28,538 bases of DNA, taken from contig DATKYA010000295.1 in the NCBI GenBank assembly GCA_035528775.1, positions 1 through 28,538 of the forward strand, in the 5' to 3' direction. Source of the stretch: Planctomycetota bacterium. GTDB taxonomy: Bacteria > Planctomycetota > PUPC01 > JABMSA01. A program made the translations under genes and the position numbers. A model generated the notes under the pieces. That model saw only the letters and a list, made by a program, of their open reading frames with translations, made no database searches and was not told where the DNA came from. Below, piece by piece: positions 15,630 through 24,952 of this stretch. Position 1 is the stretch's first letter; each line of letters opens with the position of its first letter.

Positions 15630-17957
15630 TTACGGGCACGTGTTGGTCAGCCGTGTCCGGAGATAGATCAAGTCCATGATGTTGATTCTGCCGTCTTCAT
15701 TGACGTCGGCGCGCCAGTTGTCGCCGCTGTTGACGTCGAGGTTCAGCCTGCCTCTGACGAAGATGAGGTCGAGGATGTTGACGATGCCGTCGTAGTTGAC
15801 GTCGCCGCAGCGCGTGGGGGAAAGGACCGTCTCGATGGTGACGGAGCCGGGGACGACCTCCAGGGGGATGTCGCCAAGCATGTTTGCCGCCCAGGTCTTC
15901 TGCATTTCACCGTCGATCTTGAAGGTCTTGCCGTTCGCGTCGGCGGTATAGTCGTAGGTGATGGTCATCAGCAGTGTGCGTGCGGTGATGTCCTTGTCGG
16001 GCAGCGGCATCTCGATGGAGATGAAGCCCGCGAGCTGTCGGTCATTGTCGTAGATGCCGACGAGATTGGCGGCGCCGGAGGGGAAGACGGCGCTGTTCTG
16101 CACGATGGCCTGGCCGCCAAACTCGGGATTGCCGCCTTGCGTGCTGATGCGGAAGATGGTCTCATCATAGCTGTAGGCGTTGGAGTTGACGTAGGTGTCG
16201 AGGATGAAGTTGAGTTCGGTCTGGACGGCCCCCATGTTGCCGAGATTCTCGCCGTAGACGTTGATGGCAAAGATGTTGGGGTCGCCGGCCTTGTAGGCGG
16301 GCACGGAGCCGGCGACGGGGCCTTCAATGATGAGCTTGGGGGCGATGTCGATGAAGACTCCGCCTTCCCCATCATACATGTAATCGAGCGGTGCGCTCTT
16401 GGATGCTTCGGCGGTGTTGCTGTATCCGCCGAGGTTGGCGGCGGCCCCGTTGGGGTACGGCTCGCGCTCGTAGCGGCTCCCCGGGGAGGCACGATCAATG
16501 GCCGGGCTGAATATTGCAATGGATGGATCGGTCGGATTGTAGTCGATCACCCACCGCTCGTCTTCCGGTGTGCTCGGATCATCAACCATGCTCGGGTCGA
16601 ACCGGCCGAACGATGATATCTCGTGCCAATCCCAACCGTCGAACCACAGGTCGTCATTCGGATCGCACAGGTCGCCACCCGGCACCAACTCTCCCGGGTA
16701 GATGAACATGTCTTCGGGAAAAGCGTTCTCGTCCGATTCCCGATGGCGTCCGTAATACAGCGGATCAAAGAAGGGGTAGGCATTGTAGTAGTTCGCCCCG
16801 ATGCTGCTGCCTGTGGTGATCGGATCCGCGCCCAGTGGCGGAGGATCGGCGGCAATGCCGCCCACCCTGACGCCCCTCATGTACATCGACAGAACGCAGT
16901 TCTGCAGTTGCACGTAGGAGTTCTGGAGGGCGACGACGTCCCAGACCGTATCAGGCTCGGGAGCCGGAGGCATGTAGACGCAGGGTCCGGGCCAGTTCGG
17001 ATTCGGCCACCACACCCAGATGGCGTATTGCCGTTCCCATCGCGGGATGATGCAGTCCGTGATGACGGCCGTGGTATTGTAGAGGGCGATGCCGCGTCCG
17101 ACCGTTGCCGTGTAGTTTTCAACGATCGAGCAGAACTGGATGCACGGAGCGGGATAGTCGCGGACGTACATTCCGCCGCCCGCGCTGCTCGTGGACTGGT
17201 TCTGGGAGATGACGTTCTGGATGATGACGGATTCCGATGCCCAGTTGCAGATGCCGCCGCCCCTGGCGGCCTTGTTGCCGGCCATGTAGTTGGTGGCGAT
17301 GACGGGGCCGCCGTGGATGGTGTAGATGGCGCCGCCATCGTAGTCGGCAGCGTTTTCCTGGAAGTTGTTGCGGGTGATCACGGCCCGGGTGTCCCAGCAA
17401 TAGATTGCACCACCCCCGAACGAGCCGGTGGCGCTATTGTTCCAGATGATGTTGTCGGTGATCAGCGGCGAGCCGCCTTCGAGGTACATGGCGCCGCCGG
17501 CGCCGGTGAGCCCTGATGCGCCGTTCATGAAGATGAAGTTATTGCGGATCGTGGGCGACGAGTATGTGCAATGGATGGCCGCGCCGCTGCTGTTGTACGT
17601 GTAGGCGCCGGTGATGGTGAAGCCATCGACGACGGTGCCTGGTCCTTCGCCTTCCGTGAAGATGAAGGCGCGCGCCGAACAGGTGGGGCAATCGCGATTC
17701 ACCTTGATGATGCAGCGATCGGGGCCCTTCTGCGAGCGCAGCGTGATCGCCTTTCCGTGGAAATTGAGGTTCCGGTTGCCCGGCCCCGTGTAGGTGCCAT
17801 CCAGCACGATGACGGTATCGCCGCTGGCCGAAGCGTCGAGCACCGATTGGATGGTGATGCCGGGCCTGACGAACTGTGTGGCGGCATCCGCGCCGCCAGC
17901 CCCCAAGCCGGCGACGAAGGCCACGATCAACAAGAGACGCGAAGCACAGTGGTTCAT
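15630..17957 (-). CDS. Secreted protein with right-handed beta-helix (Pmp-like GGAI/FxxN) repeats, choice-of-anchor-Q-like motif, cohesin-like domain and C-terminal dockerin (775 aa)
   Basis: ATG 17957 with AGGAGG; signal peptide ...AGLGAGGADA; GGAMYLEGG, GGGAIYCW, FQENAADYDGGAIY; SPAIDRASP...EPYPNGAAANLGGYSNTAEASKS; FAINVYGENLGNMGAVQTELNF...LLMTITY...VVPGSVTI (cohesin-like, less certain); duplicated GDVNYDGIVNILDL / ADVNEDGRINIMDL. Confidence 0.85.
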   Translation of the reverse strand: MNHCASRLLLIVAFVAGLGAGGADAATQFVRPGITIQSVLDASASGDTVIVLDGTYTGPGNRNLNFHGKAITLRSQKGPDRCIIKVNRDCPTCSARAFIFTEGEGPGTVVDGFTITGAYTYNSSGAAIHCTYSSPTIRNNFIFMNGASGLTGAGGAMYLEGGSPLITDNIIWNNSATGSFGGGAIYCWDTRAVITRNNFQENAADYDGGAIYTIHGGPVIATNYMAGNKAARGGGICNWASESVIIQNVISQNQSTSSAGGGMYVRDYPAPCIQFCSIVENYTATVGRGIALYNTTAVITDCIIPRWERQYAIWVWWPNPNWPGPCVYMPPAPEPDTVWDVVALQNSYVQLQNCVLSMYMRGVRVGGIAADPPPLGADPITTGSSIGANYYNAYPFFDPLYYGRHRESDENAFPEDMFIYPGELVPGGDLCDPNDDLWFDGWDWHEISSFGRFDPSMVDDPSTPEDERWVIDYNPTDPSIAIFSPAIDRASPGSRYEREPYPNGAAANLGGYSNTAEASKSAPLDYMYDGEGGVFIDIAPKLIIEGPVAGSVPAYKAGDPNIFAINVYGENLGNMGAVQTELNFILDTYVNSNAYSYDETIFRISTQGGNPEFGGQAIVQNSAVFPSGAANLVGIYDNDRQLAGFISIEMPLPDKDITARTLLMTITYDYTADANGKTFKIDGEMQKTWAANMLGDIPLEVVPGSVTIETVLSPTRCGDVNYDGIVNILDLIFVRGRLNLDVNSGDNWRADVNEDGRINIMDLIYLRTRLTNTCP

Positions 17958-18019
17958 TTGGACAGTCCTCCTAACTACAGCCAAGCTCGATTGCCGATGG
18001 TCGAATCCCACGTTTCGGG

Positions 18020-18051
18020 CGAACGGGCGGGCTATGCGCCCGGCCCGTTCG
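18020..18051 (-). terminator. Long GC-rich hairpin between secretin 2 and the dockerin gene
   Basis: CGAACGGG (18020-18027)/CCCGTTCG (18044-18051) enclosing CGGGC/GCCCG; no U-tract. Confidence 0.35.
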
Positions 18052-18083
18052 GCCGCATCAAGAACACATTGCCATGCGGGGCA

Positions 18084-20399
18084 TTAGCTCGCCGGCCCCA
18101 CGTTCGGCTCCTCTTCACCCTGGATGAGAATATCGGCACGCACCAGGATGATCAGGCTGGTTCTGGTATCCGAGCTTCCCCAGCGGGAGAAGAGGTATTT
18201 CAGGATCGGGATATCCCCGAGGATCGGAATGGTAGCCGTGCCCGACTGTTCGTTGGCGCGGGACAGCCCGCCGAGCAGCAGTGTGCCGCCGTCCGGCACG
18301 GACGCGAACGTTTCGACGGATTTCACGGTCACTTCGGGCAACTGCACGATCGTGGTGGTAACCGTCACACCGCCGTCGTCGAGGTATTCGGGCACCGATA
18401 CGGTGACCTCTCGGATCGGGCGAGTCATGTTGCGCATCACGGGGAGGATTTCCATCGTGACGTAGCGGCGGTCGGCGCTGGCGTAGGGCACGACTTCGAA
18501 GACCATACCGTCGGTGATGGTGCCGATTTCGGGCGTGCCCTGCACGATGTTGCGCAGGTAGTTGACCTGGGCGGTGACGGCGATGTTGGCGCGCTCGCCA
18601 TTGAAGCAGGTGAGCCTGGGGCTGGTGAGGATGTTGCCCTTGCGCTGCTTCTGAACGGCATCGAGCAGCACGCGCACCTGGAAGGCGTTCAGATAGGCGA
18701 GGTCGAGCAACAGGCCGCCGCTTGAGGTGAAGCCTGAGGATGAGTCCCCCAGCGCGATACCGAGATGGTTGACGTCCGCCATGCCCACGTCGAACGGTCC
18801 GCCCACGCGCTTGGCCGAGAACCACTCGTTGGGCTGGGTGACGCCGTCGCCGTTGAGGTCTTTCCAGTAGCGTGTGGGCTCGGGGTTGCGGCCGTAGCCG
18901 TCGGGAATGGAGCCGTAGACGCTGTCGTAGCCGTTGGGCAGGCCCTGGTAGCTTTCGGTATCGGTATCGAGGTAGCCGGTGCTCCAGTCGTTGCCGAACT
19001 CGTCGAGTGTGTCGTTACCGCGGAAACTGCCGCCTCGGGATATCGGCACGAGGTTGCCGCTGTCGTCCACGGGCGTCCATTGAGACCGGTCGGAGATGGT
19101 GTTGACGCCGCCTTCGAGACCGGTCCAGTCGATGCCGATCTCTTCGAGATAGTTCTTCTCGATTTCAATGAAGCGTGCCAACACGACGATCTGCACGGTG
19201 CGGGCGCGGCGGAAGCTCTCGAGCAGCTTGAGGATTTCTTGGTGGACCTTGCTGTTGTGCGAGACGACGAGGCGTCCGTTGCGGTACCGGATGGTGTTGA
19301 CTCCCTGGCCGGCCTCTTCTTCCTTGCACCAGGTACCGGGAGCGATGTTGTTCTTGATGAACTCGATGAGTTCATGGCCATGTGCATCGCGTGCCGCGGA
19401 GCTGGCGTCCTGTTCGGCGAAGCCGACGCTCACCTGCATGTCGCCGGGCTTCGTGAGGGAGCGCCCGGTGAGCTCGGGCTTGCCGTCGGCGTGGAAGTCT
19501 CTGACCGGCAGCAACAGATCGGTGACGTTGTACGTGGCCAACTGAGGCTCGTCCGATACCTTGCGATCCGAGATATAGATCATCTTGTCGGCCATGGACC
19601 ACTTGACTTCGGCGAAGCGGCAGACCTGGTTGAGTGCGGATTCGAGCTTGACATCGTCGGCCATCAGGGAGATGGGTGTCTTGGCGATGGGGGCCTTGGG
19701 ATCGATGACGATAGTGACGTTGGTGACGTCCTGCAGGTATCGTGCAACTTCGGCGAGTGTGGCGTTCTCGAAGGAGAAGGAGATGCGGCGATCGAGCTTG
19801 GTCTTGAGGGCCTTCTCCCAGTCTTCAACGATCGAGCCGCGGACGCCGGGGGTCTTGCTGAGCTTTGCGGCGCGGGAAACGACGCGGCGCCAGTTGTCCG
19901 CCGTCGGATAGGTGAGGATGTTGCCGGGAACGATGCGGTCCTTGTCGATGCCGGCCATGACGTCGTCGGCTCCGGCATCAGCGGCGGATTTGAGGAGATC
20001 GTCGCGGCTCTTGTTGGAGTCGATCAGTATCTTCTTGCGGAGGTACTGGGCCTTCTTGTCGTCGGGGTAGATCTTGATTGCTTCTTCCACTTCAACGAGT
20101 GCCTGGCCGTAGCGGGCGGCCTTGTAGTGGTCTTTGGCGCGGTCGAAGAGCACCTGGAAACGTTCCTGCTTGCTCTTGGCCTTTTCGTCGCGGATGTCGT
20201 CGAGCGTCTTGTCGGCGGCCTTTGCGACGGTATCGCTGCCGGCCTTGGGATCCGCGGCTGCAACGCGCGAACCGGCAACGCCGATGATCAATGCCATGAT
20301 GATCGCGCCGCACGTGCAGACGGCGGCCATGCTGCGAAGGTGCATCGAGCTGATCTCCTTTCTTCCCATCTCAGGGCGAATCCCCTTGGATTTGTTCAT
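18084..20399 (-). CDS. Planctomycete-type secretin (GspD/PilQ family), copy 2, with N-terminal TPR (771 aa)
   Basis: RRISFSFENATLAEVARYLQDVTNVTIVID (STN/N0-like); LVVSHNSKVHQEILKLLESFR (N3); QIVVLARFIEI; ILTSPRLTCFNGERANI; SVPDGGTLLLGGL; IPILGDIPILKYLF; AAGGA RBS. Confidence 0.92.
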   Translation of the reverse strand: MNKSKGIRPEMGRKEISSMHLRSMAAVCTCGAIIMALIIGVAGSRVAAADPKAGSDTVAKAADKTLDDIRDEKAKSKQERFQVLFDRAKDHYKAARYGQALVEVEEAIKIYPDDKKAQYLRKKILIDSNKSRDDLLKSAADAGADDVMAGIDKDRIVPGNILTYPTADNWRRVVSRAAKLSKTPGVRGSIVEDWEKALKTKLDRRISFSFENATLAEVARYLQDVTNVTIVIDPKAPIAKTPISLMADDVKLESALNQVCRFAEVKWSMADKMIYISDRKVSDEPQLATYNVTDLLLPVRDFHADGKPELTGRSLTKPGDMQVSVGFAEQDASSAARDAHGHELIEFIKNNIAPGTWCKEEEAGQGVNTIRYRNGRLVVSHNSKVHQEILKLLESFRRARTVQIVVLARFIEIEKNYLEEIGIDWTGLEGGVNTISDRSQWTPVDDSGNLVPISRGGSFRGNDTLDEFGNDWSTGYLDTDTESYQGLPNGYDSVYGSIPDGYGRNPEPTRYWKDLNGDGVTQPNEWFSAKRVGGPFDVGMADVNHLGIALGDSSSGFTSSGGLLLDLAYLNAFQVRVLLDAVQKQRKGNILTSPRLTCFNGERANIAVTAQVNYLRNIVQGTPEIGTITDGMVFEVVPYASADRRYVTMEILPVMRNMTRPIREVTVSVPEYLDDGGVTVTTTIVQLPEVTVKSVETFASVPDGGTLLLGGLSRANEQSGTATIPILGDIPILKYLFSRWGSSDTRTSLIILVRADILIQGEEEPNVGPAS

Positions 20400-20416
20400 A
20401 TATGGTTCCTTCAGGC

Positions 20417-23134
20417 TCAGTCGTTCGAGGCCATTTTCTGTTCGAGTTCGGTTTGGACCAGAATATCGGCAGTGACCAGCACAACGAGGCTCTGCCGGGT
20501 ATCCATCTTGCCCCAGCTCATGAACAGGTACTTGATGATGGGGATCTTGGAGAGCAGCGGGACGGTTGCGAAGCCTTCGGTCTCCTGGGCGGTGGACAGC
20601 CCGCCGATGAGGATGGTGCCGCCGTCGGGCACGGAGACCGTGGTTTCGACCGCTCGAGTGAACACCTCGGGCAATTCGATGATCGTGTAGCCGTAGACGG
20701 GAACGTTGCCGGGGGTGTCGAACATGCGGGAGATCTTGACGGGCATCAACTGCCGCAGCTCGGTGATGGAAGGCAGCAGCTCGAGCGTGACGTACCGCTG
20801 ATCGGCGCTCACGTACGGCTTCACTTCCAGCACGACGCCGTCGGTAACGGTTGCGATGGTGGGGGTGCCGTCTTCATCGAAGGTCTGGAGGTAGTTGACG
20901 AGGCGGGCAACGACGACGTTGGCCCGCTGGCCGTTGAAGCAGGTGACGCGCGGCGACGTGAGGACGGTGCCTTTCTTATCCTTCCGCACGGCTTCGATCA
21001 GCGCCCGCAACTGGTAGCGGTTGAGGAATGCGATATCAAGCGACATGCCGCCGTAGGCGTTCCACGCCTGGAGCCGGTCGGGGAAGCTGACGGTGTTGAG
21101 GTTCCTGTTTGCGCCGCGGAGATCGAGATATCCCGGCAGGAGGTTGCTGGCATCCTGGATGGTCGGGTAGGGGCGCCTGCCCGACGTGTCGCTGGCGGGC
21201 AGCGGCGGCTCGAAGGGCGTGCCGCGCGTAGGGCCGAACTCGCCGTCTATAACCGTCGGATCCAACCGATACCACGGTGCTTGGGTAACGGGGATGCCGA
21301 ATTCGTCGGTGCGTTCGCTGCCCTTGTAGACGCCGCCGGCCGGGATGGACGCGCCGCCGGCCTTCTGGCTCTTGCCGCTGATGCCCTGGGTGACGAGGTT
21401 GTCGAGGCCCGTCCAGTCGATGCCTACCCGCTCCAGGAAGTCCTTGTTGATGTCGATGAACCGGGTCTGGATGCTCACCTGCAACGCCCGAGCCTTGCGG
21501 AAGTCGTCGAGAAGCTTGACGATCTTCTCGTGGACCTCGGCGTTGTGGGAGATAACGAGTTTTCCGCCGCGGTATTGGATGGTGTTTGCGCCCTTGCCGT
21601 CTTTCTCGTAGCCCCAGGAGAGCGGCTCGATGGAATCGCGGATCAGGTCAGCCCATTCCTTGCCCCGGCGATCGCGTTCTTCGGCAGTGCCTTGGCCATT
21701 TGCTCGCTTCGCGCGGTCGGCTTTCACGCCGGATGCGAGGGCATCGTAGTCGCCGGCGCCGAAGCTCTTCGCCTCCGCACACAGGTCGGTGATATCATAG
21801 ACACGCATCGTCGACTCTTCCGACGGATCGCGGTCGGAGATGATGATCATCTCGTCCTTGACGTACCAGTGAATGCGGTTCATCCTGCAGATCATGTTGA
21901 GGACGTTGACCATTTCGGTGTCGGAGACGCTCAGGCCGGCGACGCCGTCCTTCTGGATGGCGCACCGGGGGTCAATGACGATGTTGCATCCGCAGACGTC
22001 GCGCAAGTGCTTGACGGCCTCGGCGAGTGGGGCGTCGATGAAATTGCAGGAGATCCTCTTCTTCAGGCCGCCCAGGATCGAGTCCATCGCGGGGCTGCTC
22101 TTCGTATCGCTGGCGTCCAGCGCGACCGTATCGGTGGAGTGCTTCCGGGGGTTGTCGGGGTACGTGATCAGGGCGGTTGTCGGAATGGCGTCTTCGTAGG
22201 TCTGTGCGATCAGGCGGTCGTGCGAGAGCCTCTTCTCTTCTTCGACGGCCGTTGCGATGGCCTCCTTGCCATCGGTCTCGATCTTGCCCTTCAGGAACTT
22301 GGCGCCGGGGTAGTTTTCATCGATCGCGATGACCTTGTTGATGTTGTCGAGGGCCGGCTTGAACTCGCGGAGTTCGTAGTCCTTCTTGGCGTTGTCGAAG
22401 AAGCCCTTGGCTTTTTCGTGCTCGCGCTCTCGCTGCTTCTGTTCGAACAGCTTGACGATCTTCTCGGCTTCCTTGCGGGCGTGGATGGCTTCTTCGGTCA
22501 TCTGTGCGTGCTTATGAGCCTTGGCCTTCTCCAGGAGCGTGGTGGCTTCGCCGAGGATCTTGCTGGATCCGGGGACGGTCTTGCCGATGGCGATGGCCAT
22601 TTCGAGCTTCGGGATGGCTTCGGCGTATTTGTTCTCGGCGATGAGCCGATTGGCTTCGACGTAGCGGTACTCCATCTCCAGGCGGTTCTGTTTCATGAGG
22701 TCGTCGATGCCGTCATTGAGGTCGACCGCGACTTTCTGGTGGGAAAGCGCTTTGGTGGCATCGGCAAGGATCCGCTTGGCTTCGGCATTCGCGGGGTCGA
22801 CGCTGAGCACCCATTCCATAGCGGCCTTGGCTTCGGCATTGCGGCCCTTTTCGAGATGATCGTAGGCCTGCTTGATGGACATCGTGACGAGCTGTCGCTC
22901 GCGTTCGGCCTTGGTAGCTTCATCAACGTCGGCGGGCTGATCAACCGTGGCGGCGGCCGATGGTGTGCCGGCATCGCCTACTTCCGTTTCACTTGCGGCC
23001 GGAAGGATTATCACCTTGTCTTGGGAATCCGCGAAACCCACCGATGCCCAGAAGGCTACCGCGGTGAGCAGGAGCAGTATTCGCAGAGCGCTGGGCTGCT
23101 GGAAGTGACTCCTTGAAGCTCGTTCTCGTACCAA
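20417..23134 (-). CDS. Planctomycete-type secretin (GspD/PilQ family), copy 1, with extended TPR/helical N-terminus (905 aa)
   Basis: Start moved to TTG 23134 (AAGGAGA RBS); signal LRILLLLTAVAFWASVGFA; three TPR-like segments; KRISCNFIDAPLAEAVKHL; QVSIQTRFIDI; VLTSPRVTCFNGQRA; SVPDGGTILIGGL; VPLLSKIPIIKYLF. Confidence 0.92.
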   Translation of the reverse strand: MVRERASRSHFQQPSALRILLLLTAVAFWASVGFADSQDKVIILPAASETEVGDAGTPSAAATVDQPADVDEATKAERERQLVTMSIKQAYDHLEKGRNAEAKAAMEWVLSVDPANAEAKRILADATKALSHQKVAVDLNDGIDDLMKQNRLEMEYRYVEANRLIAENKYAEAIPKLEMAIAIGKTVPGSSKILGEATTLLEKAKAHKHAQMTEEAIHARKEAEKIVKLFEQKQREREHEKAKGFFDNAKKDYELREFKPALDNINKVIAIDENYPGAKFLKGKIETDGKEAIATAVEEEKRLSHDRLIAQTYEDAIPTTALITYPDNPRKHSTDTVALDASDTKSSPAMDSILGGLKKRISCNFIDAPLAEAVKHLRDVCGCNIVIDPRCAIQKDGVAGLSVSDTEMVNVLNMICRMNRIHWYVKDEMIIISDRDPSEESTMRVYDITDLCAEAKSFGAGDYDALASGVKADRAKRANGQGTAEERDRRGKEWADLIRDSIEPLSWGYEKDGKGANTIQYRGGKLVISHNAEVHEKIVKLLDDFRKARALQVSIQTRFIDINKDFLERVGIDWTGLDNLVTQGISGKSQKAGGASIPAGGVYKGSERTDEFGIPVTQAPWYRLDPTVIDGEFGPTRGTPFEPPLPASDTSGRRPYPTIQDASNLLPGYLDLRGANRNLNTVSFPDRLQAWNAYGGMSLDIAFLNRYQLRALIEAVRKDKKGTVLTSPRVTCFNGQRANVVVARLVNYLQTFDEDGTPTIATVTDGVVLEVKPYVSADQRYVTLELLPSITELRQLMPVKISRMFDTPGNVPVYGYTIIELPEVFTRAVETTVSVPDGGTILIGGLSTAQETEGFATVPLLSKIPIIKYLFMSWGKMDTRQSLVVLVTADILVQTELEQKMASND

Positions 23135-23196
23135 TGCCGTTCTCCTTTCTTGATGACCGTCCTGTGTAAGGGCAGCAGATAAACCTGTCCGCAAAG

Positions 23197-23215
23197 GCGG
23201 CTGCGGGTCAGCCGC
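23197..23215 (-). terminator. Hairpin with short U-tail upstream of the secretin genes
   Basis: GCGGCTG-ACCCG-CAGCCGC followed by CTTT on the minus strand, just after the stop at 23222. Confidence 0.4.
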
Positions 23216-23221
23216 GAGATA

Positions 23222-24922
23222 TCATTTCGGTCCCACCGGCGCAGCGGCGGCCCTTTTCAACTCGAATACGATCTGGTACGTCTGGCTGTCTTTCAGGTCG
23301 TGTTTGTTCTGATCATAGACGACGATCGGGCTGTCGTCCGGGTTGTCCGGTGCGAATGTGGCAGCCATCTCGAACTGGCCGGGCTCTATGGTGAAGGTGC
23401 GGCGGCTGAAGGGCGGCACTTCGAGCGTCAGCTTCTCCCTGGGAGAGCGCATCCCGAGCCTCAGCTTCGTTGATGCTTCGTTCACGACGGTGATGACGCT
23501 GCTGCCTCTGATCGGCGGTTGCCCCTTGTCGGGCAGGAACTTCGGCGGCTGCAACGGAGCGGGGTCCTTGCTGCAATCCCTGATGAACTGGTCCACGCCT
23601 TTCTCATACGAGTACCGGATTCCGCGGTCCTTCAGCGATTCCTGCGCGTTGTTCTGGGCGTCGGCGACCACCATTCGCTGCGTGGTCACGAGGACCGCCA
23701 CGTCTCTGACGCCCTGATTCGGCACGAACATCTGGCGGGTTTCCTCATTGACCCTATCGCCGAAATCCACGAGCATGAGGCCCGTGGCGTATTCCCTGTC
23801 GCCGATCATCTCTCCGCAATGGACGTTGAAGAATTTGAAGCGGGGGATGTATCCGAACCAGCGCGCCACCTCAATGCGAGCAGTATCGCCGAAACCGCCA
23901 ACCAGCGACACCACGAACGGCGAGGCGGCCTTCACACTGACAACGGGCGACGCATTGATGTCGGTCTTCTGCACGCTCTCCTTCCTGACGGCGCTGTCGC
24001 GAACCGAGCAGACCGTCTGGATGTAGTAGTAGTATTCCACGCCGGGCTTGACGTCGAGATCGTCCCAACTGTATTCGATTATGGTGGGCGAGCACAGCCG
24101 CTCGGGATCGACTCCTCCCGCGGCTGCCTTGGCCATGACCGCTGCCAGTGCTTCCTTGCTGGGCTGCTCGCGACCCTCGACCTGCACTTCCACCACCCGT
24201 ACGGGATCCGCGCCCTTTTGGGACGAGCGGAATATCTCATAACTCTGAGCAGGAACACTCTTGGGGTGGGTTTTCCAGGTGAGCGTGTTGTAGCCGCGAT
24301 TTGCCGTGGCGGCAAAATTCTCCGGCACCTCGGGTACGTTCGGAATGGTGATTTCGTTCGGCGTGATCTCCAGCGGAAGCTCGATCCGCGAACCTTCGAT
24401 GCCCACCAGTCGGACGATGCACGCCCCTTCGGTCTTCGGGGTGATCCGCAGCAGGTTCTTGTCCTTGTCTACCGTGACGTCCACGATGGCCTTATCGGTG
24501 ACGGTGAGCGCCATCATGTCCATCGTGAGGCCCTGCAAGGTAGATGCCTTGATCGCGTCGTATTCCACGGTAGCCTGTGTCTTCAGGTTACTGATGTACT
24601 GGATGGCGAGCTTGGGGAGGATGACGTCCTTGGGGCTGTAGAACACGAACTTGCGGAAGGGGTGCCCGGGGATGTCAAGCGGCTCAAAGCGCTGTTTGAG
24701 ATCGTCGTAACCGGCGAGCATCGGCTGGTCCTTGGGGACAGGGAGTGAGCCGACGTACTCAGCGGTATCGGTGAGGGCTGTCTGCATGGCGCGGACCACC
24801 TGCTTGACGGCCGATTCCTTCTGGAAGGTGTTGTAGAGCGCAAGCGCTGCCACCACCAGGGCCAACAGAAGAATCACCTTATCAACGCTGCGGAAAACCG
24901 GGTTTCGCGGATCAAGACTCAT
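23222..24922 (-). CDS. Membrane-anchored periplasmic protein with Ig-like and fibronectin type III domains, in the PilP position of the cluster (566 aa)
   Basis: N-terminal TM VILLLALVVAALALY; Ig-like TVTDKAIVDVTVDKDKNLLRITPKTEGACIVRL; FN3 VPEVPENFAATANRGYNTLTW...SYEIFRS...WDDLDVKPGVEYYYYIQTV; located between the PilO-like gene and the secretins. Confidence 0.7.
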   Translation of the reverse strand: MSLDPRNPVFRSVDKVILLLALVVAALALYNTFQKESAVKQVVRAMQTALTDTAEYVGSLPVPKDQPMLAGYDDLKQRFEPLDIPGHPFRKFVFYSPKDVILPKLAIQYISNLKTQATVEYDAIKASTLQGLTMDMMALTVTDKAIVDVTVDKDKNLLRITPKTEGACIVRLVGIEGSRIELPLEITPNEITIPNVPEVPENFAATANRGYNTLTWKTHPKSVPAQSYEIFRSSQKGADPVRVVEVQVEGREQPSKEALAAVMAKAAAGGVDPERLCSPTIIEYSWDDLDVKPGVEYYYYIQTVCSVRDSAVRKESVQKTDINASPVVSVKAASPFVVSLVGGFGDTARIEVARWFGYIPRFKFFNVHCGEMIGDREYATGLMLVDFGDRVNEETRQMFVPNQGVRDVAVLVTTQRMVVADAQNNAQESLKDRGIRYSYEKGVDQFIRDCSKDPAPLQPPKFLPDKGQPPIRGSSVITVVNEASTKLRLGMRSPREKLTLEVPPFSRRTFTIEPGQFEMAATFAPDNPDDSPIVVYDQNKHDLKDSQTYQIVFELKRAAAAPVGPK

Positions 24923-24952
24923 TCTTCAACTCCATCGGTTCAGCAAGTTGCG

